From the NCBI GenBank assembly GCA_964423425.1, contig CAYRES010000004.1, positions 8,736 to 72,735 on the forward strand: a DNA stretch of 64,000 nt. Reading direction: 5' to 3'. The translations under genes and the position numbers were made by a program. The notes below the pieces were generated by a model. The model was not told the origin of the DNA. It saw nothing but the letters and a program-made list of their open reading frames with translations, and ran no database searches. The stretch comes from an uncultured Gaiellales bacterium. Lineage in GTDB: Bacteria; Actinomycetota; Thermoleophilia; RBG-16-64-13. Shown in pieces: positions 54,316 through 63,265 of this stretch (within the stretch, counting starts at the first letter, position 1; every line of letters starts with the position of its first letter).

Positions 54316-55116
54316 GTGGCTCCAAGAAGGGCGCAGGCACGCATAGTGCATCTGTCGGATATCCATGCCGGGTCCCAGTACTTCGTCCCCAATCTGCTTG
54401 AACGGGCCCTGGTGGAGATCAACGACATGTCGGCGGACATCGTGGTGGTGACGGGCGATCTCACCAACATGGGCTATCGCCAAGAGTTTCGAGAAGCCTC
54501 GGAGTATCTCACCCGCCTGCACTGCGACGACGTGCTCGTGGTACCCGGCAATCATGACAGCAGGAATGTGGGCTATACGCACTTCGAGCGCATCTTTGGC
54601 CACGAACGCACCATTCGCAAGAGCGGTGTCACCATTGTCGGAATCGATTCCACCGAGCCCGATCTCGACAACGGAAGGGTGGGGCGGGGCAGCTACGATC
54701 GCGTGCGGGAGACTTTCCTGGAGGCGCCGGAGGACTTCAAGATCTTCGCACTCCATCACCACCTTCTCCCGATTCCAGGCACCGGCCGGGAAAGGAACGT
54801 GGTCCACGATGCCGGGGATGTGCTCGAGCTCCTGCTCGAGGTGGGAGTCAATCTGGTGCTTTCCGGACACAAGCACGTTCCCTATGTCTGGCGGCTGGAA
54901 GGCATGTTTGTCGTGAACACCGGTACCGTCTCCACGCTGCGCCTGCGCGGCGACACCAAGCCCTGCTATGTCGTCATCGATATCGACGGCAGTCAAGTGG
55001 TCATCACCCGCAGGTACCCATTCCATGGGGGTGAGGTCGTGGTTGAATTCGATGCCTGCACGGCCACATATACCCGGCATGAGTCCCACATGGACCGCAT
55101 TCTGGCGGAATCCTGA
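54316..55116 (+). CDS. Metallophosphoesterase (calcineurin-like)
   Basis: RIVHLSDIHAG, VVTGDLTN and VVPGNHD motifs. GTG start at 54316 with AGGAAGAAGG RBS. The ORF runs from 54148 and overlaps hom. Confidence 0.85.
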   Translation: MAPRRAQARIVHLSDIHAGSQYFVPNLLERALVEINDMSADIVVVTGDLTNMGYRQEFREASEYLTRLHCDDVLVVPGNHDSRNVGYTHFERIFGHERTIRKSGVTIVGIDSTEPDLDNGRVGRGSYDRVRETFLEAPEDFKIFALHHHLLPIPGTGRERNVVHDAGDVLELLLEVGVNLVLSGHKHVPYVWRLEGMFVVNTGTVSTLRLRGDTKPCYVVIDIDGSQVVITRRYPFHGGEVVVEFDACTATYTRHESHMDRILAES

Positions 55117-56498
55117 TGCCGCGGGCCGTCGTCCTTATCGACGGTGAGCACTATCCGCCCGTGGTGGCCGAGGCACTTGTATCGCTCGGGCGGGAGTACG
55201 AGGTGGTTGCCGCCGTCTTCCTGGGCGGAACAGAGAAGATCAAGGGAGACGATCTGCAGGAAGAAGCAGAGCGCCTGTACGGAGTGCCGGTGGTGTTCGG
55301 CCCTTCTCCGACCGTCTCGTTGCTGGAGGCCATTGAGCGTTTTGCCCCCGCGGTGATCGTTGACGTGAGCGACGAACCGGTGGTAGGATACGCGGAGAGG
55401 TTCCGCCTCATCAGTCATGCGTTGTCGCGGAGCGTCTCGTACGCCGGCTCTGACTTTCGCTTCGAACCCCCAGAACTGCCACGTATCGCGTGTGCTCCAT
55501 CGCTGTCCATCATCGGTACCGCGAAGAGGGTGGGCAAGACGGCTCTGTCGGGCTTCGTTGCTCGAACCCTCCAAAGCCAAAGGCGTGGTCGGCAGCAGGC
55601 GGCGCGCGTGGTGATCGTAGCTATGGGCAGGGGGGGGCCATCGGAGCCTGAGGTGATTGATGGCCTGGGTGTTGAGCTCGGGGCGAGCGAGCTTCTGCAA
55701 TGGAGCCGGCAGGGCAGGCACGCGGCCTCCGATCATTTCGAGGATGCTGCACTGAGTCGGGTCACGACGGTGGGCTGCCGCCGCTGTGGGGGTGGGTTGG
55801 CGGGCCGGCCTTTCGTCTCCAACGTAGCCGCAGGGGCGGAGGTAGCCAACTCGCTGAAGCCTGATCTCATCGTATTCGAGGGGAGCGGAGCGGCGATACC
55901 GCCGGTCGCCACTGACAGCCGTGTCTGCGTGGCCGGGGCCCATCAGCCCCTCGACTACGTGACGGGCTATTTGGGTTCGTATCGGGCGCTCATCAGTGAT
56001 GCGGTAGTGCTGACGATGGCGGAGGAGCCCCTCGCTGGGTCGGGCAACGTCAAGGAGGCCATGCGGGGACTGGCGGAGCTCGTGCCGGAGGTGCCGGTAC
56101 TGCCTGTGGTGTTCAGACCCCGGCCCATGGATGAGGTGTCGGGGAAGAAGGTGGCTTTCTTCTGCACGGCACCCCGGGCGTTGGAGGAGGTGCTCACGTC
56201 CCATCTCGAGGCGGAGCATGGTTGTCGAGTGAAGCTGTTCTCGCCGAATCTATCGAACCGGCGTGTGTTGCGGGAGGACTTCGGCCGACCGGAGATGGCA
56301 GAGGTGGAACTCGTTCTCACCGAGATAAAAGCGGCGGCGATCGACGTGGTCGCCGAGGAAGCGGAGAGGCGCGGCATACCTGTGAGCTTTGTCGATAATG
56401 ATCCTGTCGAAGTGGCGCCGGCTAAGGCGGGCGATCTCGAGGCTCTGAGTGCGTACCTGGCCGATGTAGCCCGCGAACGCTTCACGGAGAGCCGGTAG
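55116..56498 (+). CDS. cpgS: Cyclic 2,3-diphosphoglycerate synthetase (archaeal-type)
   Basis: 460 aa. N-terminus MPRAVVLIDGEHYPPVV and P-loop-like SIIGTAKRVGKTALSGF match the methanogen cyclic 2,3-diphosphoglycerate synthetase family. Size matches (~460 aa). ATGA overlap with the upstream gene. Confidence 0.75.
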   Translation: MPRAVVLIDGEHYPPVVAEALVSLGREYEVVAAVFLGGTEKIKGDDLQEEAERLYGVPVVFGPSPTVSLLEAIERFAPAVIVDVSDEPVVGYAERFRLISHALSRSVSYAGSDFRFEPPELPRIACAPSLSIIGTAKRVGKTALSGFVARTLQSQRRGRQQAARVVIVAMGRGGPSEPEVIDGLGVELGASELLQWSRQGRHAASDHFEDAALSRVTTVGCRRCGGGLAGRPFVSNVAAGAEVANSLKPDLIVFEGSGAAIPPVATDSRVCVAGAHQPLDYVTGYLGSYRALISDAVVLTMAEEPLAGSGNVKEAMRGLAELVPEVPVLPVVFRPRPMDEVSGKKVAFFCTAPRALEEVLTSHLEAEHGCRVKLFSPNLSNRRVLREDFGRPEMAEVELVLTEIKAAAIDVVAEEAERRGIPVSFVDNDPVEVAPAKAGDLEALSAYLADVARERFTESR

Positions 56499-56503
56499 TT
56501 GCC

Positions 56504-57457
56504 ATGGTGACGAGGCGCATTCGCCGGCAGATGGGAGAGCGCGAGCCAATCCTTGTGGTCTCCGACGGGCATTCGGTGCCCTTCTCCAAAGGGCTTCTCG
56601 GTCAGTCGCTCACTGCCACCGGCCTCGATCCCGAGAAGGCCTACCGGGTGGGCATGCAGGTGGAGGCACGCCTGCGGCAACTGGGCATGCTCAGGGTGCC
56701 CGTGTCCATGCTTCCGGACCTCGTGTCGCAGGTGGTGGAGGAGCAGGCCGGTTCTCTCTACTACGACCGCTATCTCACCTGGCATGAACTCTCCTACTCG
56801 CAGAGACCGGTCATCATCCTGGTGGGTGGAGGAACGGGTGTGGGCAAGAGCACGCTCGCCTCGCAGCTCGCCAACCGGCTGGGGCTCGTGCGCATCATTT
56901 CCACCGATACCATCCGCCAAGTGATGAGAGCCTTCTTCTCGCCCACCCTCATGCCGGCCATCCATTACTCCTCCTTCGAATCCGACCTAGCCATGCAGAT
57001 GCCTCTCCAGGAAGAGGCCGACCCCGTACTGCTGGGTTTCGCAGAGCAGGTGAAACTGCTGAACGTGGGTGCACAAGCGGTGGTCGACCGGGCAGTGCAG
57101 GAGGGCCAGCGCATGGTACTCGAGGGGGTGCACCTGGTGCCGGGGTTCATCCCTTCCTGCGCCGATGCGCGCGCCTTGATCCTCCCGCTCGTGGTCGCTG
57201 TTCGCGACGAAGGCCTACACCGCGGCCACTTCGTGGTGCGGGAGCGCGAGACCGATGGACGCCGGCCGGTGGAGCGCTATCTCGAGAATTTCGGCAACAT
57301 CCGCAAGATCCAGGACTTCATTCTGGAGCGGTCCCAGAGTGAGGGAACGTTGGTGATCGAGAACCACGATATCGATGAGGCGGTGGGCCTGGCCGTCGAC
57401 GCACTCTATGAACTCATCGAAGAGAAGCAAGAGGGGGACGAAGGCCGTGGCGCCTGA
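56504..57457 (+). CDS. 2-phosphoglycerate kinase
   Basis: P-loop ILVGGGTGVGKSTLASQLANRLG preceded by the 2-phosphoglycerate kinase N-domain (ILVVSDGHSVPFSKGLL). Adjacent to cpgS, as in methanogens. Confidence 0.78.
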   Translation: MVTRRIRRQMGEREPILVVSDGHSVPFSKGLLGQSLTATGLDPEKAYRVGMQVEARLRQLGMLRVPVSMLPDLVSQVVEEQAGSLYYDRYLTWHELSYSQRPVIILVGGGTGVGKSTLASQLANRLGLVRIISTDTIRQVMRAFFSPTLMPAIHYSSFESDLAMQMPLQEEADPVLLGFAEQVKLLNVGAQAVVDRAVQEGQRMVLEGVHLVPGFIPSCADARALILPLVVAVRDEGLHRGHFVVRERETDGRRPVERYLENFGNIRKIQDFILERSQSEGTLVIENHDIDEAVGLAVDALYELIEEKQEGDEGRGA

Positions 57458-58457
57458 AGTGCGGACCAATGAGCACGGGCCCGGCGAGCGGGGGGATTCG
57501 CACTGCACATGCACCGATTTCGTTCGGGTCACGAAGGCCGCTGCGATCGCGGCGGGCCGCTGGATGGGGCAGGGCAAACAGGCGGAGGCACGTGAAGCTG
57601 CCTCCAAGGCCCTTCGAGCCGCCATGGCCGAGCTGCCGGTGAGTGCCGAGGTGGTGGTTGCGCCGGGGGGGAGCGAAGAAGCAGGCAGCTTCTCAGTGGG
57701 GCAAGTGCTGGGCAGCGGCGGCCGGCGCTGTTCGGTGGCGGTTGATGCCTTGGAAGGGTCAGGCATCCTGGCCAAAGGGCAGGGAGGAGCGATCTCCGTG
57801 CTGGCGGTCGGCGAGCCGGGGAGCATCACGCCGGTGCCACACATGTACATGCAGAAGTTGGCGGTGGGGGCAAGTGCCGCAGGTAACATCGACATCGACG
57901 CTCCTATCGAGGATAACTTGAAGGCCATTGCCCGGGCTTACGGGCGCGAGGTGGGCGAGCTCGCCGTGATTGTGCTTGACCGTCCCCGCCACGAAGATCT
58001 GGTCGAGGACATTCGCAAGGCGGGTGCCCGCATCAAGCTCATCCCCGACGGTGACATCATGGCTAGCATTGCGGCTGCCGTGAGCGGTACCGGCGACCAC
58101 GCCTACATCGGTATCGGTGGCTCCACGGAGGGAGTGATGACGGCTGCTGCCATGCGCTGTCTGGGCGGCGAGATACAGGGCAAGTTCTGGCCCCTGTCGC
58201 GTCGGGAGATCGAAAGGGCTCGTGAGTACGGCATAGACGACATAGAGCACACGTTTCGGACCGGCGATCTGGTGAAGGGAGACATGATCTTCTCCGCCAC
58301 CGGTGTGAGCACCGGCGACGTGTTGCGGGGAGTCGACTACTTCCACGAGGGCGCCCGCAGCCATACGCTCCTCATGTGTACGAGGTGCAGAATGGTGTGC
58401 TTCGTCGACACCATTCATCTGTTCAGTGAAGACAGAAGTGAGATCAAGTTGCTGTAG
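57447..58457 (+). CDS. glpX: Fructose-1,6-bisphosphatase class II
   Basis: DFVRVTKAAAIAAGRWMGQGKQ N-terminus. Downstream GlpX metal-site blocks (AVDALEGSG, DGDIMASIAA). GTG start at 57447 or 57459, overlapping/abutting the 2-phosphoglycerate kinase stop. Confidence 0.88.
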   Translation: MAPEVRTNEHGPGERGDSHCTCTDFVRVTKAAAIAAGRWMGQGKQAEAREAASKALRAAMAELPVSAEVVVAPGGSEEAGSFSVGQVLGSGGRRCSVAVDALEGSGILAKGQGGAISVLAVGEPGSITPVPHMYMQKLAVGASAAGNIDIDAPIEDNLKAIARAYGREVGELAVIVLDRPRHEDLVEDIRKAGARIKLIPDGDIMASIAAAVSGTGDHAYIGIGGSTEGVMTAAAMRCLGGEIQGKFWPLSRREIERAREYGIDDIEHTFRTGDLVKGDMIFSATGVSTGDVLRGVDYFHEGARSHTLLMCTRCRMVCFVDTIHLFSEDRSEIKLL

Positions 58458-58561
58458 CCGCATTCGTGTACCGCTCAGTGTATCGATGCGAGAGCCAAGT
58501 AGGAGAACGTAGGCGTTGAGGGACCACCAGCGTTGAGGGACGCGATGGACACTAGAGGGAT

Positions 58562-59818
58562 GTGATGGAGATAACCGAGCTTGAGCCGAGGCTCCTCTCC
58601 GACCTTCACACGGTCGCAGGTGATATCGGCATAAAGAACTTCCGTAAGTATTCCAAAGCGGAACTGATCATGAGGATGCTTTCCGAGCAGGCCTCCGGCG
58701 ACCGGGGCTTGAATACGCGCACAGGACTCCTTGATGTGCTGCCCGACGGCTTCGGCTTCCTCCGCACCCAGGGCTACACGCAGTCCGATTCGGACATCTA
58801 CGTGTCGCTGTCGCAAATCCGCCGCTTCAAGCTGAGGCGCGGAGATGAGATTTCCGGTCAAGTGCGGACACCCAAGGACAATGAGAAGTATCACGCGCTG
58901 CTCAAGATCAACACCGTGAATGGCCTCGATCCCGAGCAGGCCCGCAATCGTCCCAACTTCGACTCCCTCACGCCTCTCTTCCCGGAAGACCGCCTGCGAC
59001 TCGAGACCGGTTCCGACCGGCTGGCTCCCCGGGTCATGGATCTCATCTGTCCCATCGGCAAGGGTCAACGCGGCCTCATAGTGTCGCCCCCCAAGGCGGG
59101 TAAGACGACCATCCTCAAGGAGATCGCCAACTCCATCTCGGTGAACAACCCCGAGGTCCACCTGCTCGTCCTCTTGGTCGACGAACGGCCGGAGGAAGTC
59201 ACCGACATGGAACGCTCGGTCAACGGCGAGGTGGTGAGCTCCACCTTCGATCAGCCTTCGGAGAATCACCTCCAGGTCACGGAACTGGTGCTCGAGAGGG
59301 TGAAGCGGCTGGTCGAGGTGGGCAGGGATGTGGTGGTGCTGCTCGACTCCATCACGCGGTTGGCGCGCGCCTACAACCTGGCCGCACCGGCGAGCGGCCG
59401 CATTCTCTCCGGCGGGGTCGACTCCACCGCCCTCTATCCGCCGAAGAAGTTCTTCGGTGCGGCCCGTAACATCGAGGAGGGGGGCTCGCTCACCATCCTC
59501 GCCACGGCACTCGTGGACACCGGCTCCCGTATGGACGAGGTCATCTTCGAGGAGTTCAAGGGAACTGGCAACTGGGAGGTCCACCTGAGCAGGCAGCTCG
59601 CCAACAAGCGGATCTTCCCGGCCATCGACATCGAGAAGTCCGGCACCCGCAAGGAGGAGTTGCTCATGGCGCCCGCCGAGGCCAAGATGGTGTGGAAGCT
59701 CCGCAGCGTCCTCCATGCCCTCGATCCGAACGCGGCCATCGAGCTCCTCATCGACAAGCTCCGGGAGACTCGGTCGAACACCGAATTCCTCGAGCAGATG
59801 CGCAAGAACTCCCGCTAG
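58562..59818 (+). CDS. rho: Transcription termination factor Rho
   Basis: OB/RNA-binding region (GFGFLR..GY..S..DIYVS), Walker A GQRGLIVSPPKAGKTTIL and Walker B VVLLDSITRLARA. 418 aa. Confidence 0.95.
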   Translation: MMEITELEPRLLSDLHTVAGDIGIKNFRKYSKAELIMRMLSEQASGDRGLNTRTGLLDVLPDGFGFLRTQGYTQSDSDIYVSLSQIRRFKLRRGDEISGQVRTPKDNEKYHALLKINTVNGLDPEQARNRPNFDSLTPLFPEDRLRLETGSDRLAPRVMDLICPIGKGQRGLIVSPPKAGKTTILKEIANSISVNNPEVHLLVLLVDERPEEVTDMERSVNGEVVSSTFDQPSENHLQVTELVLERVKRLVEVGRDVVVLLDSITRLARAYNLAAPASGRILSGGVDSTALYPPKKFFGAARNIEEGGSLTILATALVDTGSRMDEVIFEEFKGTGNWEVHLSRQLANKRIFPAIDIEKSGTRKEELLMAPAEAKMVWKLRSVLHALDPNAAIELLIDKLRETRSNTEFLEQMRKNSR

Positions 59819-59851
59819 CCCTCGCAACCGGCACATTACCTAACTCATGTC

Positions 59852-60850
59852 ATGACTGTTGACATAGGCATAGACGGTGTGTTCATCGGCCATCACACCG
59901 ACGTGGTGGCCTGCACTGGGTGCACCATCATACTCTCGCCCGGGGGAGCCGTCGCCTCCGTCGATGTGCGCGGTGGAGCTCCCGGCACGCGGGAGACCGA
60001 TCTGCTCTCGCCGCTCTCCTCACCGCCGCTGGTCCACGGCATTCTGCTTACGGGCGGCTCGGCCTTCGGCCTCGCCGCCGCCGACGGGGTGGTCCAGTAC
60101 CTCGAGGAGAACGGCTACGGTTTCGATACCGGCTACGCCCGCGTGCCGCTCGTGCCCGCGGCCGTCGTCTACGATCTGGCGTTGGGCCGACCCGATGTGC
60201 GCCCCCGACCGGAGCATGGCTACACGGCGGCCGCTGCGGCGGCGCGGGAAGTTGAGGAAGGGTCGGTGGGAGCCGGCACCGGTGCCACTGTGGGTAAGGT
60301 GCGCCGGGAGAGGAGCTGGATGAAGGCCGGCCTTGGTATCGCTAAGGTCGAACTGCCGGGCGGGGCCACCGTAGTGGGCGTGTCGGTGGTGAACGCCTTC
60401 GGTGATGTGCTGGGGTCCGACGGCAATGTCCTGGCGGGAGCCCTTGCCGACGACGGGTCTTTCCTCGATACGCGGCGCCACCTTCTCACTCTCGACGATC
60501 ACCCGCACTTCGACCGCATGCAGAACACTACGCTGTGCTGTGTGGTCACCGACGCGGTACTCACCAAGACCCAGGCCGCCTCTGTGGCACGTATGGCTCA
60601 CGACGGCATGGCTCGGGCGGTCTCCCCGGTGCACACGCCCGTGGACGGCGATGTGATCTTCGTGCTGTCGTGTGGCAGCAAGCGCTCCAACGTGTTCCAG
60701 ATGGGGAGCGCCGCAGCCCGGGTGGTAGCTCAGAGTATACGCCGGGGGGTGCGACAGGCGACCGGGGTCGGGGGAGTGCGGGCGCTGTGCGACCTTGAGT
60801 CGGCGAAAGCACAGAGTGCGATGGACGAGCCGTCGGGGACGTGCACCTGA
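59852..60850 (+). CDS. P1/S58 family peptidase (DmpA/L-aminopeptidase D-Ala-esterase/amidase-like)
   Basis: IGHHTD....TGCT.I, GGAPGTRETDLL and GG.SAFGLAAADGV motifs of the DmpA/ArgJ fold. Confidence 0.85.
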   Translation: MTVDIGIDGVFIGHHTDVVACTGCTIILSPGGAVASVDVRGGAPGTRETDLLSPLSSPPLVHGILLTGGSAFGLAAADGVVQYLEENGYGFDTGYARVPLVPAAVVYDLALGRPDVRPRPEHGYTAAAAAAREVEEGSVGAGTGATVGKVRRERSWMKAGLGIAKVELPGGATVVGVSVVNAFGDVLGSDGNVLAGALADDGSFLDTRRHLLTLDDHPHFDRMQNTTLCCVVTDAVLTKTQAASVARMAHDGMARAVSPVHTPVDGDVIFVLSCGSKRSNVFQMGSAAARVVAQSIRRGVRQATGVGGVRALCDLESAKAQSAMDEPSGTCT

Positions 60851-61701
60851 TGGAGGTCGTGGTCACGAAGCCCGCCGCGCGGGCGGCGGTGGAAGCGGCC
60901 CGGTTCGCCACCAAGACGGTGGGCATCGTGCCCACCATGGGATACCTGCACGAAGGGCACTTGTCTCTGGCACGGCAGGCACGCACCGAGGACGACTTCG
61001 TGGTGCTCACCATCTTCGTCAACCCCACCCAGTTCGGCCCATCGGAAGACCTCGCCCGTTATCCGCGCGACTTGGAGCGCGACCTGACTCTGTGCCGGGA
61101 GGCCGGCGTGGACCTCGTCTTCTCGCCCTCGAACGAGGAGATGTATGGGCCCGATTTCGCCACCTGGGTCACGGTGGAGGGGCTTACGGAGGGATTGTGC
61201 GGGCAGGCCCGCCCCACGCATTTCCGGGGGGTCACCACGGTGGTGAGCAAGCTGTTCGGCATCTGCCGGGCGCACCGAGCCTACTTCGGGCAGAAGGACG
61301 CCCAACAGGCCTTCGTCATCCGGCGTATGACCGAGGATCTCGACCTGGGTGTCGAGATTGTCGTCTGTCCGACAGTGCGGGAGCCCGACGGGCTGGCCAT
61401 GAGTTCGCGCAACGTCAATCTCTCGCCGGAGGCTCGGGTCCAAGCGCCTGCTCTGTACAGGGCTCTCCAGGTGGCGGAGCAGATGGTGCGTGCTGGAGAA
61501 CGAGATGCCGCCCGCGTCAGGGCAGCGGTGGAGGAGTTCATTTCGATTCAAGCCCCTCTCGGCCGCATCGATTACGTGGAGATCGCCGATACGCGGCTCA
61601 TCAGGCCCATCGCGCGGCTCGAGGGCCAGGTGTTGGTTGCCCTGGCGGTGTTCTTTGGTGACACGCGGCTGATCGACAACGTGATCCTGCAGGTGTCTTA
61701 G
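60850..61701 (+). CDS. panC: Pantoate--beta-alanine ligase
   Basis: VGIVPTMGYLHEGHLSL (HIGH-like), GQKDAQQ and MSSRN motifs. Confidence 0.93.
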   Translation: MEVVVTKPAARAAVEAARFATKTVGIVPTMGYLHEGHLSLARQARTEDDFVVLTIFVNPTQFGPSEDLARYPRDLERDLTLCREAGVDLVFSPSNEEMYGPDFATWVTVEGLTEGLCGQARPTHFRGVTTVVSKLFGICRAHRAYFGQKDAQQAFVIRRMTEDLDLGVEIVVCPTVREPDGLAMSSRNVNLSPEARVQAPALYRALQVAEQMVRAGERDAARVRAAVEEFISIQAPLGRIDYVEIADTRLIRPIARLEGQVLVALAVFFGDTRLIDNVILQVS

Positions 61702-61832
61702 CAGGCAGGCGTAGCGCTTCTCGGGCGTAGAGTGTCTGGGTTCGTGCCTTCGTGGCGGGAAGCGGCAAAGAGAAGGCTGGCCTTGCGAAGTAGTGCGCTG
61801 CGGAACGATGCACCACCGGCTTGTGGAATACT

Positions 61833-62933
61833 TCAGATGGTGTCGGCGGTTCCCTTGAGGGCCTGCGCCTTGGCCAGGAGTTCTCCTCGCGACCCGACCT
61901 GGAATGTCTGGAACAGTCGCTTCATGTGGTACTTGACCGTGTTAGCGGAGACGAACATGCGGCGTGCGATCTCCTTGTTGGTCATGCCTTGAGCGACAAG
62001 TTCGAGAACCTCCAGCTCCCGAGGAGTGAGTAGGCTGGCCAGGTAGGTGAAGTCCGGGGCATGTTCGAGTTGCTCGTAGAGGAAGGTTGCAACGGTGCCT
62101 TCGAGCGTCGGGACCCGGACCGAGCGCAAGAGCAGCGATGCGCCAACTTGCTCGGCATAGCGCCCGAGTCTTACCACACTGACGGCGGTCGGCTCACCGC
62201 CCTCGGTGATGCGAGCCAGGTTGTCGTTGAGGGCGGCAAGCAGTTCGGTGCTCTTCGGGCTGGCCGCGGTACAGTAGTTCATTATTGCCTCGGCATGGCG
62301 ATTGGCGAATTTGATCGAACCTCGTTCATCGCTCAGCACAAGTGCTGCTCCCACGATCTGCAGTGCTCCTTCCGCGAGGGCACGGCTCTCTCGCGCCCTC
62401 TGCAGTTCGAGAGCATTACCGACTGCAGCGCGCATGTGGGCGGACACGAAGCGTAGTACCCCCATGTCCTGTTCCGAGAAGGGCGGCTCGTCCGGCCCGC
62501 GGGTGAAGCACAGGCTACCCACCGGACGCCCTTCCCAGGTGAGCGGTGCCTCCAGCATTCTCACCAGACGGCGCATGGTCAGACTCTTCCTGAGGGGCTG
62601 ACGCTGCCACTCGCTCATGGAGAACAACTGGGCGTCATGTACAGGCTCCAGTGTGTGGGCGGTGTAGCTCAGAAGCGGGTCTTTCGCGTAGCCCTCTTGC
62701 TCCCAGCGCGTGACGAAACGCTCTACTCCGCCCTGTACCGCCACCCGCTGAGGGCGGCCCGTCTCCGGTTGAACGAGATAGAAGCCATAAGCGCTCGCGC
62801 GGACGAGCTTTGAGATGTGGGCCATGTAGGAGGTGCCCAGATCTTCGAACTCGAGGCTCTCGTGGACGGAAGTCGCCAGAGAAAGAAGTGACGCCTGTGC
62901 GTCGTCACTCGGTGGGAGCTCAACCTGATTCAT
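61833..62933 (-). CDS. LuxR-family transcriptional regulator with N-terminal GAF-like sensor region
   Basis: C-terminal LTPRELEVLELVAQGMTNKEIARRMFVSANTVKYHMKRLF is a LuxR/FixJ-type HTH. ~290-aa N-terminal sensory region. Confidence 0.85.
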   Translation of the reverse strand: MNQVELPPSDDAQASLLSLATSVHESLEFEDLGTSYMAHISKLVRASAYGFYLVQPETGRPQRVAVQGGVERFVTRWEQEGYAKDPLLSYTAHTLEPVHDAQLFSMSEWQRQPLRKSLTMRRLVRMLEAPLTWEGRPVGSLCFTRGPDEPPFSEQDMGVLRFVSAHMRAAVGNALELQRARESRALAEGALQIVGAALVLSDERGSIKFANRHAEAIMNYCTAASPKSTELLAALNDNLARITEGGEPTAVSVVRLGRYAEQVGASLLLRSVRVPTLEGTVATFLYEQLEHAPDFTYLASLLTPRELEVLELVAQGMTNKEIARRMFVSANTVKYHMKRLFQTFQVGSRGELLAKAQALKGTADTI

Positions 62934-63265
62934 GCCTCATCCCGCTTCGTTGGCCGCTGAGCCCATGCCGTCTACAGTGCCTGCGCTCTGCCGGTAGGGG
63001 GTGCGGCGTCGCTACACCTCGAGTGTATCACAGGCCACCGGCCGCTCCCTGGGGCGCGACTACCCACTTAGGTAGGTGACCGGCGGTAGGGTTCACTCAT
63101 ATACTCGAGTCGAAATCGAGTTGGACGGTGAGGTCGCGGGGGAACGAGACCTCTCGTCCCGACGCAAAGGAGGAGCCACTTCGCCATCAAGAAGCCCATC
63201 CGGGCACAACCGAGCGGGTTGAACTGCGGCCACATGACAGTGCGGAGCGAGGGAGGAAGCGCACT

